From the NCBI GenBank assembly GCA_963740355.1, contig CAVUDW010000003.1:224001-288000 (forward strand): DNA of 64,000 bases. The letters run 5' to 3'. The position numbers and the translations under genes are program-made. This document shows, piece by piece, positions 20,007-29,163 of the stretch (within the stretch, counting starts at the first letter, position 1; each line of letters starts with the position of its first letter). Source of the stretch: an uncultured Gemmatimonadaceae bacterium (GTDB lineage Bacteria > Gemmatimonadota > Gemmatimonadetes > Gemmatimonadales > Gemmatimonadaceae). The notes beneath the pieces are model-generated. The model ran no database searches and was not told where the DNA came from. It was given only the letters and a program-made list of their open reading frames with translations.

Positions 20007-20885
20007 TCAGTCTTCGCCGTTGAGCAACGGGAAGAGTTCCGCGACCTGAGCCGCTAGCGACTCGGCGACGGTGTCGACATCCGCAGCGGTCAGACCGAGC
20101 TTCGTCAGCACTGCCTCGTCAATACTCTCACCTTCGACGGTTCGGGAGTAGCCGACACCGATCCGTGCGGCAAGATGGTCTGCGACGAACACGACGGCCG
20201 TCGTGGCGCAGAAGCCGGTGGGTACTTCGAGCGGACGATGATGGTATCCGGTGACACGCTGCAGCGACGCCGGAAATCGCCAGGCAACACAGAGCGCCTC
20301 GCCAAACGCCTCGTGCGTCGCACCCAGCGCCTCCTGTTCGGCGGCACGGAATGCAAGCAATGGATCAGCGGCCACCGCCGCGATCGCCTCGCTGAAGCCC
20401 TCGCGGCACGACTGCAACTCGATAATGATGCCGATGTCGTGCATCAGCCCGGCGAGGAAGACATCGCTCGGATCCACACCTGCGACTCGTGACGCGAGCT
20501 GTCGCGCAGCGGTGGCCACTGCGATCGAGTGCTTCCAGACATCGCGCGCGTCAAAACCACCCGGCAAGGCGCCAGCGCGGAACATTCGGGTCAGGCTCGC
20601 AGCGATGGCGATACTGCGCACAGCACCAAAACCCAGCAGGCCAATCGCCGTGCTGATCGATGACACCTCTCGACGGACGCCATAATACGCGGAGTTCACG
20701 ATCTTCAGCACGCGAGCACTGAGCGTCGGGTCCTGCGACAGCACCCTCACCAGGTCGTCGCCCGTAGCGTTGGGATTCTCCGCGACACGAACCACTTCCA
20801 GCGCGATGTCCGGGAAGGTCGCCAACTGGCCCGCACGTGCGATTGCCGATGCAATCACGTCTGCCGAAGCGAGCGACTCAGACAT
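20007..20885 (-). CDS. HDOD-domain protein
   Basis: DPTLSARVLKIVNSAYYG, VWKHSIAVA, LAGLMHDIG and WRFP..HH. Confidence 0.9.
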   Translation of the reverse strand: MSESLASADVIASAIARAGQLATFPDIALEVVRVAENPNATGDDLVRVLSQDPTLSARVLKIVNSAYYGVRREVSSISTAIGLLGFGAVRSIAIAASLTRMFRAGALPGGFDARDVWKHSIAVATAARQLASRVAGVDPSDVFLAGLMHDIGIIIELQSCREGFSEAIAAVAADPLLAFRAAEQEALGATHEAFGEALCVAWRFPASLQRVTGYHHRPLEVPTGFCATTAVVFVADHLAARIGVGYSRTVEGESIDEAVLTKLGLTAADVDTVAESLAAQVAELFPLLNGED

Positions 20886-22638
20886 GGGCTGCCTGCGCGA
20901 CCTGGTCGGCAAGGAATTGCACCAGCGCCGCCGCTGGCATGGGTCGAGCCATCAGGTAGCCCTGCCCGAAGGCGCAGCCGAGTGCCTGAAGCAGCACCAG
21001 CTGTTCCTCCGTCTCGATGCCCTCCGCCACGACCTTCAACCCGAGGTTGTCGGCCAGGGTGACGACAGCATGGAGCAGCGCCGCGAAGTCACGACCGTTG
21101 CCGGCGTTCACGACGAAGCTGCGATCGACCTTCAACACGTCGAGAGGAAATTCCTGCAGGCAGGACAGCGACGAGTAGCCGGTCCCGAAGTCGTCCATGG
21201 CAAGACGAACGCCTTGCGCACGCAACTCGGCCAGCAGGCCCAGTGAGACCCCGCGATGCTGCATGATCTGCGACTCAGTCACCTCGAGCTGGAGCTGCTC
21301 CGGGCGCATGCCGACTTCCTGCAGGACAGCCATCGTCCGTTTGACGAGGCAACTGTCCACCAGCTGCAGTCGTGAGAGGTTAACGCTCACGTAGCGCGGG
21401 GCCGCGGCACCGAGCGTCTGCTGCCAGTGCATGAACGTCGCGCAGGCATCACGAAAGAGCTGGTCGCTGAGCGGCACGATGAGGCCGGTCTCTTCAGCGA
21501 TCGGGATGAACGTCACCGGGGAGATGGCGCCACGAGTCGGGTGCATCCACCGCGCCAGCGCCTCGACGCCACAAACCGCCCGATCCTCGAGGGAAACGAT
21601 CGGCTGGTAGACGAGGGAGAGCTGCGATGTGCCGATCGCATCGCGAAGCGCATTCTCGATCTCGATCCGTTCACGGACGGCGTCGCGCATGTCCGGCGTG
21701 AACGCCACGTGGCGTCCCTTCCCTTGCGCCTTGGCTTCGTACATCGCGATGTCCGCATCGCGAAGCATGTCCTCGGCGGTCTCGTACCCGTCGTTGCTGT
21801 AGACGATGCCGATGCTGGCGGTCGAACGCACTGTGTGCTCTCCGAGCTGGTACGGCGCACTCAGCGCGCCAAGCAGCCGGTCGGCAATCGTGAGCGCAAT
21901 CGTGCTGCTGGTCACTCCGTCCAGCACCACCACGAATTCGTCGCCGCCGAGTCGCGCGACGGTGTTGCCGAGCGCCTCGCGTGCGGTGGAGTCGCTGGAG
22001 CGCAGGTTGTTGCGCAGCCGGCTGGCGATGCCCTGCAGCAGCATGTCACCGACATCGTGGCCCAAACTGTCGTTGACCAGCTTGAAGCGGTCAAAATCCA
22101 GGAACAACAGGGTAAATCCGGCCCGAGTGTCCACCTTGGCACGGGCCAGCGCGTGCGCGACGCGGTCCAGCAGCAGCGCCCGATTCGTGAGCCCAGTCAG
22201 CTTGTCGATGCGGGCCGCATTCGTGAGTTCGCCCAGCATCCGCTGTCGTTCCAGGACCGACCCAACCCGCGCGCGCAATTCAGCAGCCGTGAATGGCTTC
22301 CGGATATAGTCGATGGCCCCAGCGGCAAAGCAGGCGCTGAGTGTCTTGTTACTCTCGCTCCCCGTTTCCATGATCACGGGCAACGCGGCCAGTGCGGGAT
22401 CCGCCTTGAGCCATTGCAGCACCTCCAGTCCACTCGCGCCCGGCATCTCGTTGTCGAGCAGGATCAGGTCCGGCGCCTCCGCCTTCACCAGGGCAAGGCC
22501 GGCATCACCACCGGTGGCCCACGAAATCCGCACACCGAGCGGCTTCAGCATCACACTCACCAGCGCGTGGATCGCAGGATCGTCATCGATCAGCACGACG
22601 TGCGATTCCGTCATGGGAGCAACTTCAGCCGCGTTCAT
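20878..22638 (-). CDS. Response regulator diguanylate cyclase/phosphodiesterase (REC-GGDEF-EAL)
   Basis: REC (LIDDD, LLDNEMP, KPF), RLGGDEF, VEALARW, DDFGTGYSSL and AEGIE. Confidence 0.93.
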   Translation of the reverse strand: MNAAEVAPMTESHVVLIDDDPAIHALVSVMLKPLGVRISWATGGDAGLALVKAEAPDLILLDNEMPGASGLEVLQWLKADPALAALPVIMETGSESNKTLSACFAAGAIDYIRKPFTAAELRARVGSVLERQRMLGELTNAARIDKLTGLTNRALLLDRVAHALARAKVDTRAGFTLLFLDFDRFKLVNDSLGHDVGDMLLQGIASRLRNNLRSSDSTAREALGNTVARLGGDEFVVVLDGVTSSTIALTIADRLLGALSAPYQLGEHTVRSTASIGIVYSNDGYETAEDMLRDADIAMYEAKAQGKGRHVAFTPDMRDAVRERIEIENALRDAIGTSQLSLVYQPIVSLEDRAVCGVEALARWMHPTRGAISPVTFIPIAEETGLIVPLSDQLFRDACATFMHWQQTLGAAAPRYVSVNLSRLQLVDSCLVKRTMAVLQEVGMRPEQLQLEVTESQIMQHRGVSLGLLAELRAQGVRLAMDDFGTGYSSLSCLQEFPLDVLKVDRSFVVNAGNGRDFAALLHAVVTLADNLGLKVVAEGIETEEQLVLLQALGCAFGQGYLMARPMPAAALVQFLADQVAQAAHV

Positions 22639-25600
22639 GCGTGCAACCTCTCAGGCGTGACGGTTCCACTATTCAACTCACAGGTCAACGCGTTACCGCC
22701 GCGAAGTGCAGCGCGGCAGCGTGTCACCAAAGCATCGACCGCCACGTCGCATTCCTTCTGCGTGCCTCCGGCGGAGGCAAATCGCTCGACGGTCCGCGCT
22801 GCCTCGCTGATCGGCATGTACCCGTACCCACCTGCCGCGCCCTTCAACTGATGCGCCAGCGAGGCCAATGGCGCTCGCTGTGCCGGTGCTCGATGCGCCT
22901 CGAGCGCCTCGATTCGCTCGGGAAGCATCCCCAGAAACTGCTGAATCAACTCCGCCATGTCGGGATCATCGGCCATGTCACTCAGCAGCACATCAGGCGC
23001 TGCCGCTGGTGCGGGCGCCGGAGTGCCTTGCATCGCAGGGTTGCGCGGCGGAGCGCCCACTGTGTCGGCAGGGCTTGCCGGCGACACGATCCACTTCGCG
23101 CAGGTGGCGATGAGCCGCTCGCGATCGATCGGCTTGCTGGCATAGTCGTCGCAGCCCGCGTTGAGGCACTTGTCGCGATCCTCCGCCATGGCGTGTGCCG
23201 TGAGTGCCACGATGCCTAGCGATGACCCGCGCTTCCGCAGCGCCCGTGCCAACGAGTAGCCGTCCATCACGGGCATCTGCATGTCCGTCACGAGCAGGTT
23301 GTACGGCCGATTTTCGCGGTTGGCGGCGTCGATCATGTCGAGGGCGACGCGCCCGTTGACCGCGACATCGACCTCGGCGCCGGCCCGGCTCAGGTGATGG
23401 GTGATCAACCGTCGATTGTCGTCGCCGTCCTCTGCGAGGAGGATGCGGCCGGTCAGGCGAGGGGCAGGTATTCCTGCGTCGTGACCGTCAGGCGCTGTAC
23501 GCACACTCGCGCAGTCTTCGAGGTCGGAGACGAGGCGAGAGCCGGGCACGGCAACCAGGGGAAGTTCGACCACGAAGCAGGAGCCCTTGCCCGGTGCCGT
23601 GCGCTCGAGCTGCACGGTGCCCGACATCAGCCCGGCGAGGCGCCGACAGATCGTGAGGCCCAGGCCGGTGCCGCCATACTTGCGCGTCACCGATGCGTCA
23701 GCCTGCGTGAACGCCTGAAACAGGGTGCGGGCCTGCGCCGGCGTCATGCCTGTGCCGGTATCCTCGACCTCGATCCGGAGCACGGGTCCGTCCCGGTGCT
23801 CAACATACGTCTCGGAGACTCGCACATCGACGCGGCCCACCTCGGTGAACTTGACGGCGTTGCCGACGAGATTCATCAGGATCTGCCGGAGGCGCGTCGG
23901 ATCACACCGGATGTGCTCAGGCAGTGGCGTGGCGATGGTCGTTTGCAGACTCACGTTCTTCGCACTCGCCCGTGCCTGCATCATGGCATCGACGTCGAAG
24001 AGCAGTTGCGGAAGGTCGAGATCCGTCTCTTCGATGACCAGCCGGCCCGCCTCGATTTTCGAGAGGTCGAGGATGTCGTTGATCACGACCAACAGATGCT
24101 CACCTGCGCGCCGGATCGTGTCCACCGACCCGAGGCTGCCGGCGGCGAGGCCACTATCGGCAATTTCGTCGCGAAGGAGGTCAGCGTAACCCAGAATCGC
24201 CGTCAATGGCGTCCGGATCTCATGGCTCATGTTGGCGAGGAATTCACTCTTGGTGTGGCTCGCCATCGCGGCCTGCGCCGCCATGTCATTGGCGCGCACC
24301 GTCTCGTCCTCGAGAAAGCGATTCGTCTCGAGCAGCATCGCACTCGCCGCTTCGGCCTCGGCGCGTGCGACGCGCAAGGCTTCCTCGCGCTCGACTTCCG
24401 CGGTGACGTCGGTTGCGGTGCCGAACAGGCCCACGATCGTGCCATTGGCGTCGCGCCGTGCCCTGCCATCGCCTCGGACATATCGCACGCCATTGTGTGC
24501 ATTTCGGGTACGCAGCACGATGGAATACGGTGTACCGTCACGTGCGGCCTGCTCGACGGCGGCGCTCAGGCGGGCTTCGTCCTCGTCGGTGTAGGCACTC
24601 ACGGCGGTGCGGTAATCAGGTGGCCCCTCCCGCTCATCCCGCCCGAAGAGAACGTAGATCTGCTTCGACCACTCGACCGCGCCCGTCGCAAGATCCAGCG
24701 ACCAACTCCCGGTGCGCGCCAGCACCTGCGCTTCCTCGAGCATCAAGGTCGTACGGAGCAGCGCGTCGTCCGAGGCGCGCTGCGCCGACACGTCGAAGCG
24801 GATCGAGACGTACTTCTCCACCGCGCCGTCGCTTCCGCGATAGGGAACGATGGTGCTGTCCACCCAGTACAGCGTGCCGTCCTTGCGCCGGTTGCAGACT
24901 TCACCGCGCCAGGGCTTACCGCTCGAGATGGTGCTCCAGACATCGCTCCAGAACGGCCTTGGATGAGTGCCCGAATTCAGCATCCGATGATCCTGACCCA
25001 GCAGTTCCTCGCGAGTGAAGCCACTGATGCGACAGAAGGCCGTGTTCGCGTCGGTGATGCGACCACTGCGGTCGGCGACGGAGATGATGGAGTGTTCATC
25101 AAGCGCGTCCCGCAACGCCGCCACTTCGCGCAGCGCGCACTCGGCCTGTTCGCGTGCCCGCACCAGCTCACATTCAGCTGCCTTGATTGCGTGAATGTCC
25201 TGGATCGACCCCGCGAGCCGCACGGCACGTCCTGCAGCATCACGCTCCGCGAGACACCGGGAACGAAACCAGCGGTAGCCACCGTCCTGGAGTCGCAGGC
25301 GAAACTCGACGTTGTACGGCGCGCCGTGCTCGACGAGCGCTGCCAGGGCTGCCTGTGTGGCGAGACGATCGTCCTCGTGCAGTCGCTCGAAGAACACTGC
25401 GCGCGTCACCGGCGGGCGAGCTTCGCCCTTGGCATAGCCAAGCAACTCCCAACCGCGTGGTGAGAGCCAGAAGTCGTCGGCCGCGATGCGCCACGTCCAG
25501 AGCCCGTCACTGGTTCCCGCAACGGCCGCCTCGAATTGGTGCTGCTGTTCGAGCAAGGCCGTGACATCACCGAAGCTTGCGACCACCGACGTCACGGCAC

Positions 25601-26192
25601 CGGCAGCATCCACGATCGGCTCCGTCGAGACGCTGATCCATCGACGCGATCCATCGGGGAGTTGCACGCCGTGCACGAAGTCACGCAATGACTCACCGGT
25701 ACGCAACGTGTACATCGCGGGGGTATCGATTCCGGCTAGTGGTGTGCCGTCACGCTGGATGTTGCCCCAGCTCGGGTCGATCGCGACGCGACCGCGGATC
25801 TGATCAGCGCTCAGTCCGAGGATCCGCTCCGCCGCGCGGTTGCATTCGAGGATCTCGCCGCCAGGCAGGATGAAGACGATCCCTTCCGAAACCGTCTCGA
25901 AGATCGTCGTCAGGCGGCCACTCGCCGTCTGCTCGACTTCAGCGTGCGCCAGCACCATGTCGTGCAGGCGCTTCACCAGACGGACCACCGGCTCGACGAC
26001 CGAACCGGTGGCGATGAACAACAGGCCGAGCACTGCCCACGGCAGCTGTGGATGGACGCCATGCAGGCCGAAGGCGCCGACCGCGGCGACCGCCAGCAGC
26101 CCACACAGCAGCGCAGTCCGGACGCGCCGATGCGGGCTGCCTACGACGGAGGCTGCGGTGCTGCGGGAGTCCGTGTGCAGTTGCTGCGCCAC
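22635..26192 (-). CDS. Hybrid sensor histidine kinase (four PAS, HisKA, HATPase, REC, HPt)
   Basis: Four PAS/PAC repeats, FLANMSHEIRTPL, NLVGNAVKFT, GGTGLGL, REC (TDMQMP) and HPt (AHQLKGAAGGYG). Confidence 0.93.
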   Translation of the reverse strand: MAQQLHTDSRSTAASVVGSPHRRVRTALLCGLLAVAAVGAFGLHGVHPQLPWAVLGLLFIATGSVVEPVVRLVKRLHDMVLAHAEVEQTASGRLTTIFETVSEGIVFILPGGEILECNRAAERILGLSADQIRGRVAIDPSWGNIQRDGTPLAGIDTPAMYTLRTGESLRDFVHGVQLPDGSRRWISVSTEPIVDAAGAVTSVVASFGDVTALLEQQHQFEAAVAGTSDGLWTWRIAADDFWLSPRGWELLGYAKGEARPPVTRAVFFERLHEDDRLATQAALAALVEHGAPYNVEFRLRLQDGGYRWFRSRCLAERDAAGRAVRLAGSIQDIHAIKAAECELVRAREQAECALREVAALRDALDEHSIISVADRSGRITDANTAFCRISGFTREELLGQDHRMLNSGTHPRPFWSDVWSTISSGKPWRGEVCNRRKDGTLYWVDSTIVPYRGSDGAVEKYVSIRFDVSAQRASDDALLRTTLMLEEAQVLARTGSWSLDLATGAVEWSKQIYVLFGRDEREGPPDYRTAVSAYTDEDEARLSAAVEQAARDGTPYSIVLRTRNAHNGVRYVRGDGRARRDANGTIVGLFGTATDVTAEVEREEALRVARAEAEAASAMLLETNRFLEDETVRANDMAAQAAMASHTKSEFLANMSHEIRTPLTAILGYADLLRDEIADSGLAAGSLGSVDTIRRAGEHLLVVINDILDLSKIEAGRLVIEETDLDLPQLLFDVDAMMQARASAKNVSLQTTIATPLPEHIRCDPTRLRQILMNLVGNAVKFTEVGRVDVRVSETYVEHRDGPVLRIEVEDTGTGMTPAQARTLFQAFTQADASVTRKYGGTGLGLTICRRLAGLMSGTVQLERTAPGKGSCFVVELPLVAVPGSRLVSDLEDCASVRTAPDGHDAGIPAPRLTGRILLAEDGDDNRRLITHHLSRAGAEVDVAVNGRVALDMIDAANRENRPYNLLVTDMQMPVMDGYSLARALRKRGSSLGIVALTAHAMAEDRDKCLNAGCDDYASKPIDRERLIATCAKWIVSPASPADTVGAPPRNPAMQGTPAPAPAAAPDVLLSDMADDPDMAELIQQFLGMLPERIEALEAHRAPAQRAPLASLAHQLKGAAGGYGYMPISEAARTVERFASAGGTQKECDVAVDALVTRCRAALRGGNALTCELNSGTVTPERLHA

Positions 26193-26199
26193 ACTGCGG

Positions 26200-28341
26200 T
26201 CAGAACGAGTTCAGGACGTCATCGCCCGGGCCATCATCATCATCGAATGGAATCATTGCTGATGCGGCGGATGCAGCGGTGCTGGCGCGTGCGGCCTGCG
26301 CCGACGATTCAACGGCGGCCCGAGGTGTCGGCCTGGCGGCAGCACGAGGCGGTCGGCCGGAGCCGATCGACACGCGTGAAGCCGGTTCGCGACGGCGAGG
26401 TACCTCTTCCTCGGCTTCGTAGCGCGAGCCTTCGCCGACGTTGAACTGCGCCGCGAGGTCGTGCATTTCGCGCGCTTGCGCTGACAGCTCCGCGGCGGCA
26501 CTGGCTGATTCCTCGGCGTTGGCGGCCGTGCGCTGCGTGAGGCCACCAATCTGTCCCATCGACTCGGTGACTTCCGCCAGTTCCTTCTCCTGCGAGACCG
26601 CACCTTCGGCAATCTCGTTCATGATCGCGGCAGCACCCTGCACGCCGGTCCGGATCTCTTCGAGGCGGCGCTTCACGCTTTCGTTCAGCTTCACACCCGT
26701 CTCGGCCTTCGCCACCGACTCCTCGATCAGCGTTGCCGTGTTGCGCGACGCCTCCGAGGCACGGATGGCCAGGCTGCGCACTTCGTCGGCCACCACGGCG
26801 AAGCCCTTGCCAGCGTCACCAGCACGCGCTGCTTCCACTGCGGCATTCAGTGCCAGCAGGTTCGTCTGGAACGCGATCTCGTCGATGGTCTTCACGATCT
26901 TGGCCGTTGCATCGGCTGACCGCTTGATCTCGTCCACGGCCTGTGCCAGGGCCACCATGCGCTCCACGCCCTGCTCGGTCGAGGTGTTGGCGCGCTCCAT
27001 GGCGCTGCGGGCCTCGCGGGCATTGGCAGCGTTGGCCTTCGTGCGCTCGTCCACCACCTTGATGCGATTCGTGACCTGGTCGATGGCGCCGGCCTGGTCG
27101 GACGCGCCACTGGCCAGCTCCTGACTGCCGTCGCCGATCTCGCTGGCGGCCGAGTTCACCTGTTCGATCGCCATCGTCAGCGATGAGAAGACCTCAGCGA
27201 TGTTCTCGAGCGCCGTGTTGAGCGAATCCTTGATGGCCGCGTGTTCGCCGCGGTAGGCACCCGTCACACGTGCCGAAAGATCGCGATTGGCGACACGCTC
27301 CAGCACATCACGCGCCTCGGTGATCGGCTCCACCACCGCATCGAGCATGGCATTCGTGCCGTTGATCAACTCGAAGTACGCGCCCTGAAATTGCCCGGCG
27401 TTTCCGCGCTTTGCGAGATCGCCATGCTTCGCTGCATCGATCACCGTGTTGGCTTCACCGACGATGCCCCGCAGCGTCTCCGTCGCGCGATTGATGCTGC
27501 GTGACAGGACGTCATGCTCGGAGCGAACTTCGACGGTGCTCGAGAGGTCACCGGATGCGAGGCGGTCGGCAGCCTTGGAGATGCCGGAGATGTATTCCAC
27601 CATCCCCTGGAAGGCGGTGCCGAGCGTACCGATCTCGTCGCGGCTGTTGACCACGATCTGCTGCTCGATCTGGCCGCGCGCGATCTCGGTGGCGGCATTG
27701 GAGAGCGACTGCACGGCACCGATCACACTGCGCAGGGTGGCAGTGGCGATCACGCCGAGTGCGATCAAGGACAGCAGCAGGACGCCGGCCGTGACCTGCA
27801 GGACGGTGTTCTGCAGCTTCCCGGCATTCCCATACGCGGTGGCGATGGCCGCCTGCTGCGCCTTCGTCTGCGCCGTGAGCTTCTTCGAGAGGTCGGCGTA
27901 TTGCGACCGCATCCCTTGCATCGTGCCCATCAGGTCGTCCACCGACCCGCTGATCATCTTGATGCTCCCCGATCGCGCCTGCGTGAAGTAGGTCGCAAAA
28001 TCGGCCTTGATGGACTTCAGCGCGGCGGCGTCGACTGCAGGATTGAGGGCCAGCGAATCAGCCAGTGTGTTGAACGCGACCGTCAGCGTATCGGCGGCGA
28101 TCACCGACACCGTGTCGCTCGCGGCGACGGCATCGCGGAGAGCGCGCTGATAAGAGTCGAGGCGTGTCTCGAGTCGGCGGCTCGCATCGAGTGCGGGCGA
28201 GGCCTGTGTCTCGAGTACGACCAGCTCAGACTGCGCACGGCGCCCGAGAATGATGGTCGTGGCGAGCGTGGCAACGAAGCCGACTGTCGCAACCAGCGGC
28301 AGTGCGATGATCTTCGATCGGAGAGTCAGGGACTGGAACAT
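26200..28341 (-). CDS. Methyl-accepting chemotaxis protein (multiple HAMP)
   Basis: Two TMs, HAMP repeats and [20 protein letters not shown]. Start reassigned to ATG 28341. Confidence 0.92.
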   Translation of the reverse strand: MFQSLTLRSKIIALPLVATVGFVATLATTIILGRRAQSELVVLETQASPALDASRRLETRLDSYQRALRDAVAASDTVSVIAADTLTVAFNTLADSLALNPAVDAAALKSIKADFATYFTQARSGSIKMISGSVDDLMGTMQGMRSQYADLSKKLTAQTKAQQAAIATAYGNAGKLQNTVLQVTAGVLLLSLIALGVIATATLRSVIGAVQSLSNAATEIARGQIEQQIVVNSRDEIGTLGTAFQGMVEYISGISKAADRLASGDLSSTVEVRSEHDVLSRSINRATETLRGIVGEANTVIDAAKHGDLAKRGNAGQFQGAYFELINGTNAMLDAVVEPITEARDVLERVANRDLSARVTGAYRGEHAAIKDSLNTALENIAEVFSSLTMAIEQVNSAASEIGDGSQELASGASDQAGAIDQVTNRIKVVDERTKANAANAREARSAMERANTSTEQGVERMVALAQAVDEIKRSADATAKIVKTIDEIAFQTNLLALNAAVEAARAGDAGKGFAVVADEVRSLAIRASEASRNTATLIEESVAKAETGVKLNESVKRRLEEIRTGVQGAAAIMNEIAEGAVSQEKELAEVTESMGQIGGLTQRTAANAEESASAAAELSAQAREMHDLAAQFNVGEGSRYEAEEEVPRRREPASRVSIGSGRPPRAAARPTPRAAVESSAQAARASTAASAASAMIPFDDDDGPGDDVLNSF

Positions 28342-28411
28342 GATTCGCGTCAGGGAGTGGCCGACATGAAGCACAGCCACGGACGGTGGGCCCGTGGATG
28401 CTCGGCTTGTG

Positions 28412-28439
28412 GTATCGGCCTCGAATGTCCCCCCCTGAA
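28412..28439 (-). promoter_or_regulatory. Sigma28-like promoter of the MCP3/kinase/GGDEF-EAL/HDOD operon
   Basis: Minus strand reads TTCAG-N15-GCCGATAC, 70 nt upstream of the start. Confidence 0.65.
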
Positions 28440-28469
28440 GTGGCCACCACGCCATATTTGAACGCACTC

Positions 28470-29102
28470 ATGACCGCCCCCCTTCGATATCCCGTCCCTG
28501 ACGCGCCGTGCAGGGCGGAAGTGATCATCGACCGCAGCCGATTCATTTGTACGCTCTCACGAGCGGCAACGGCTGAGGATGCGCAGGCAATGATCCGGTC
28601 GATGAACGCCGAGTTTCCGGACGCGACACACAACTGCTGGGCCTACGTGATTGGGGCGCCCGGCAGCACCGCGCGGATCGGCATGAGTGATGACGGCGAG
28701 CCCCACGGCACGGCGGGGCGCCCCATGCTGACGGTCCTCCTGCACTCGGGCATTGGAGAGATCGTCGCGGTGGTGACACGCTACTACGGCGGCACAAAAC
28801 TCGGCACCGGCGGTCTCGTGCGCGCCTACTCGGCCGCCGTGCAGGCAGCACTCGAGGCACTCACCACGATTGAACGGGTCGAGTACGCGGAAGTCTCGGT
28901 GGTCTTCGGCTATGATCGCATTTCCGCCGTCCTCCATCTGCTGCCGACCTACGAAGCGGTCGTCACGACCGAAGCATTCACGGAATCGGTGACGATGTCC
29001 CTTCGTGTGCCGCGGCAACACGAGACCGCCCTCAGAGCCGCGCTTGGCAACGCAACGCAGGGTCAGGCCGTTTTCCCCGACGTCACGCATGCGGGCGATT
29101 GA
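28470..29102 (+). CDS. yigZ: YigZ/IMPACT family protein
   Basis: SRFI, ATHNCWAY, SDDGEPHGTAGRPML and TRYYGGTKLGTGGLVRAY. Confidence 0.92.
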   Translation: MTAPLRYPVPDAPCRAEVIIDRSRFICTLSRAATAEDAQAMIRSMNAEFPDATHNCWAYVIGAPGSTARIGMSDDGEPHGTAGRPMLTVLLHSGIGEIVAVVTRYYGGTKLGTGGLVRAYSAAVQAALEALTTIERVEYAEVSVVFGYDRISAVLHLLPTYEAVVTTEAFTESVTMSLRVPRQHETALRAALGNATQGQAVFPDVTHAGD

Positions 29103-29163
29103 ATCCCCAGGCGTGATGTCGGACGCGCGAGTTCCATTCCCTCATCATTGGTCTGTCCACGTC

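Noticed and set aside
23394..25463. 689-aa plus-strand ORF, and similar long ORFs at 58598..60679, 46936..48573, 5588..7222 and 21427..22851
   Set aside because: They lie antisense to genes with clear family motifs and have no motifs of their own. Such shadow ORFs are expected in high-GC DNA.
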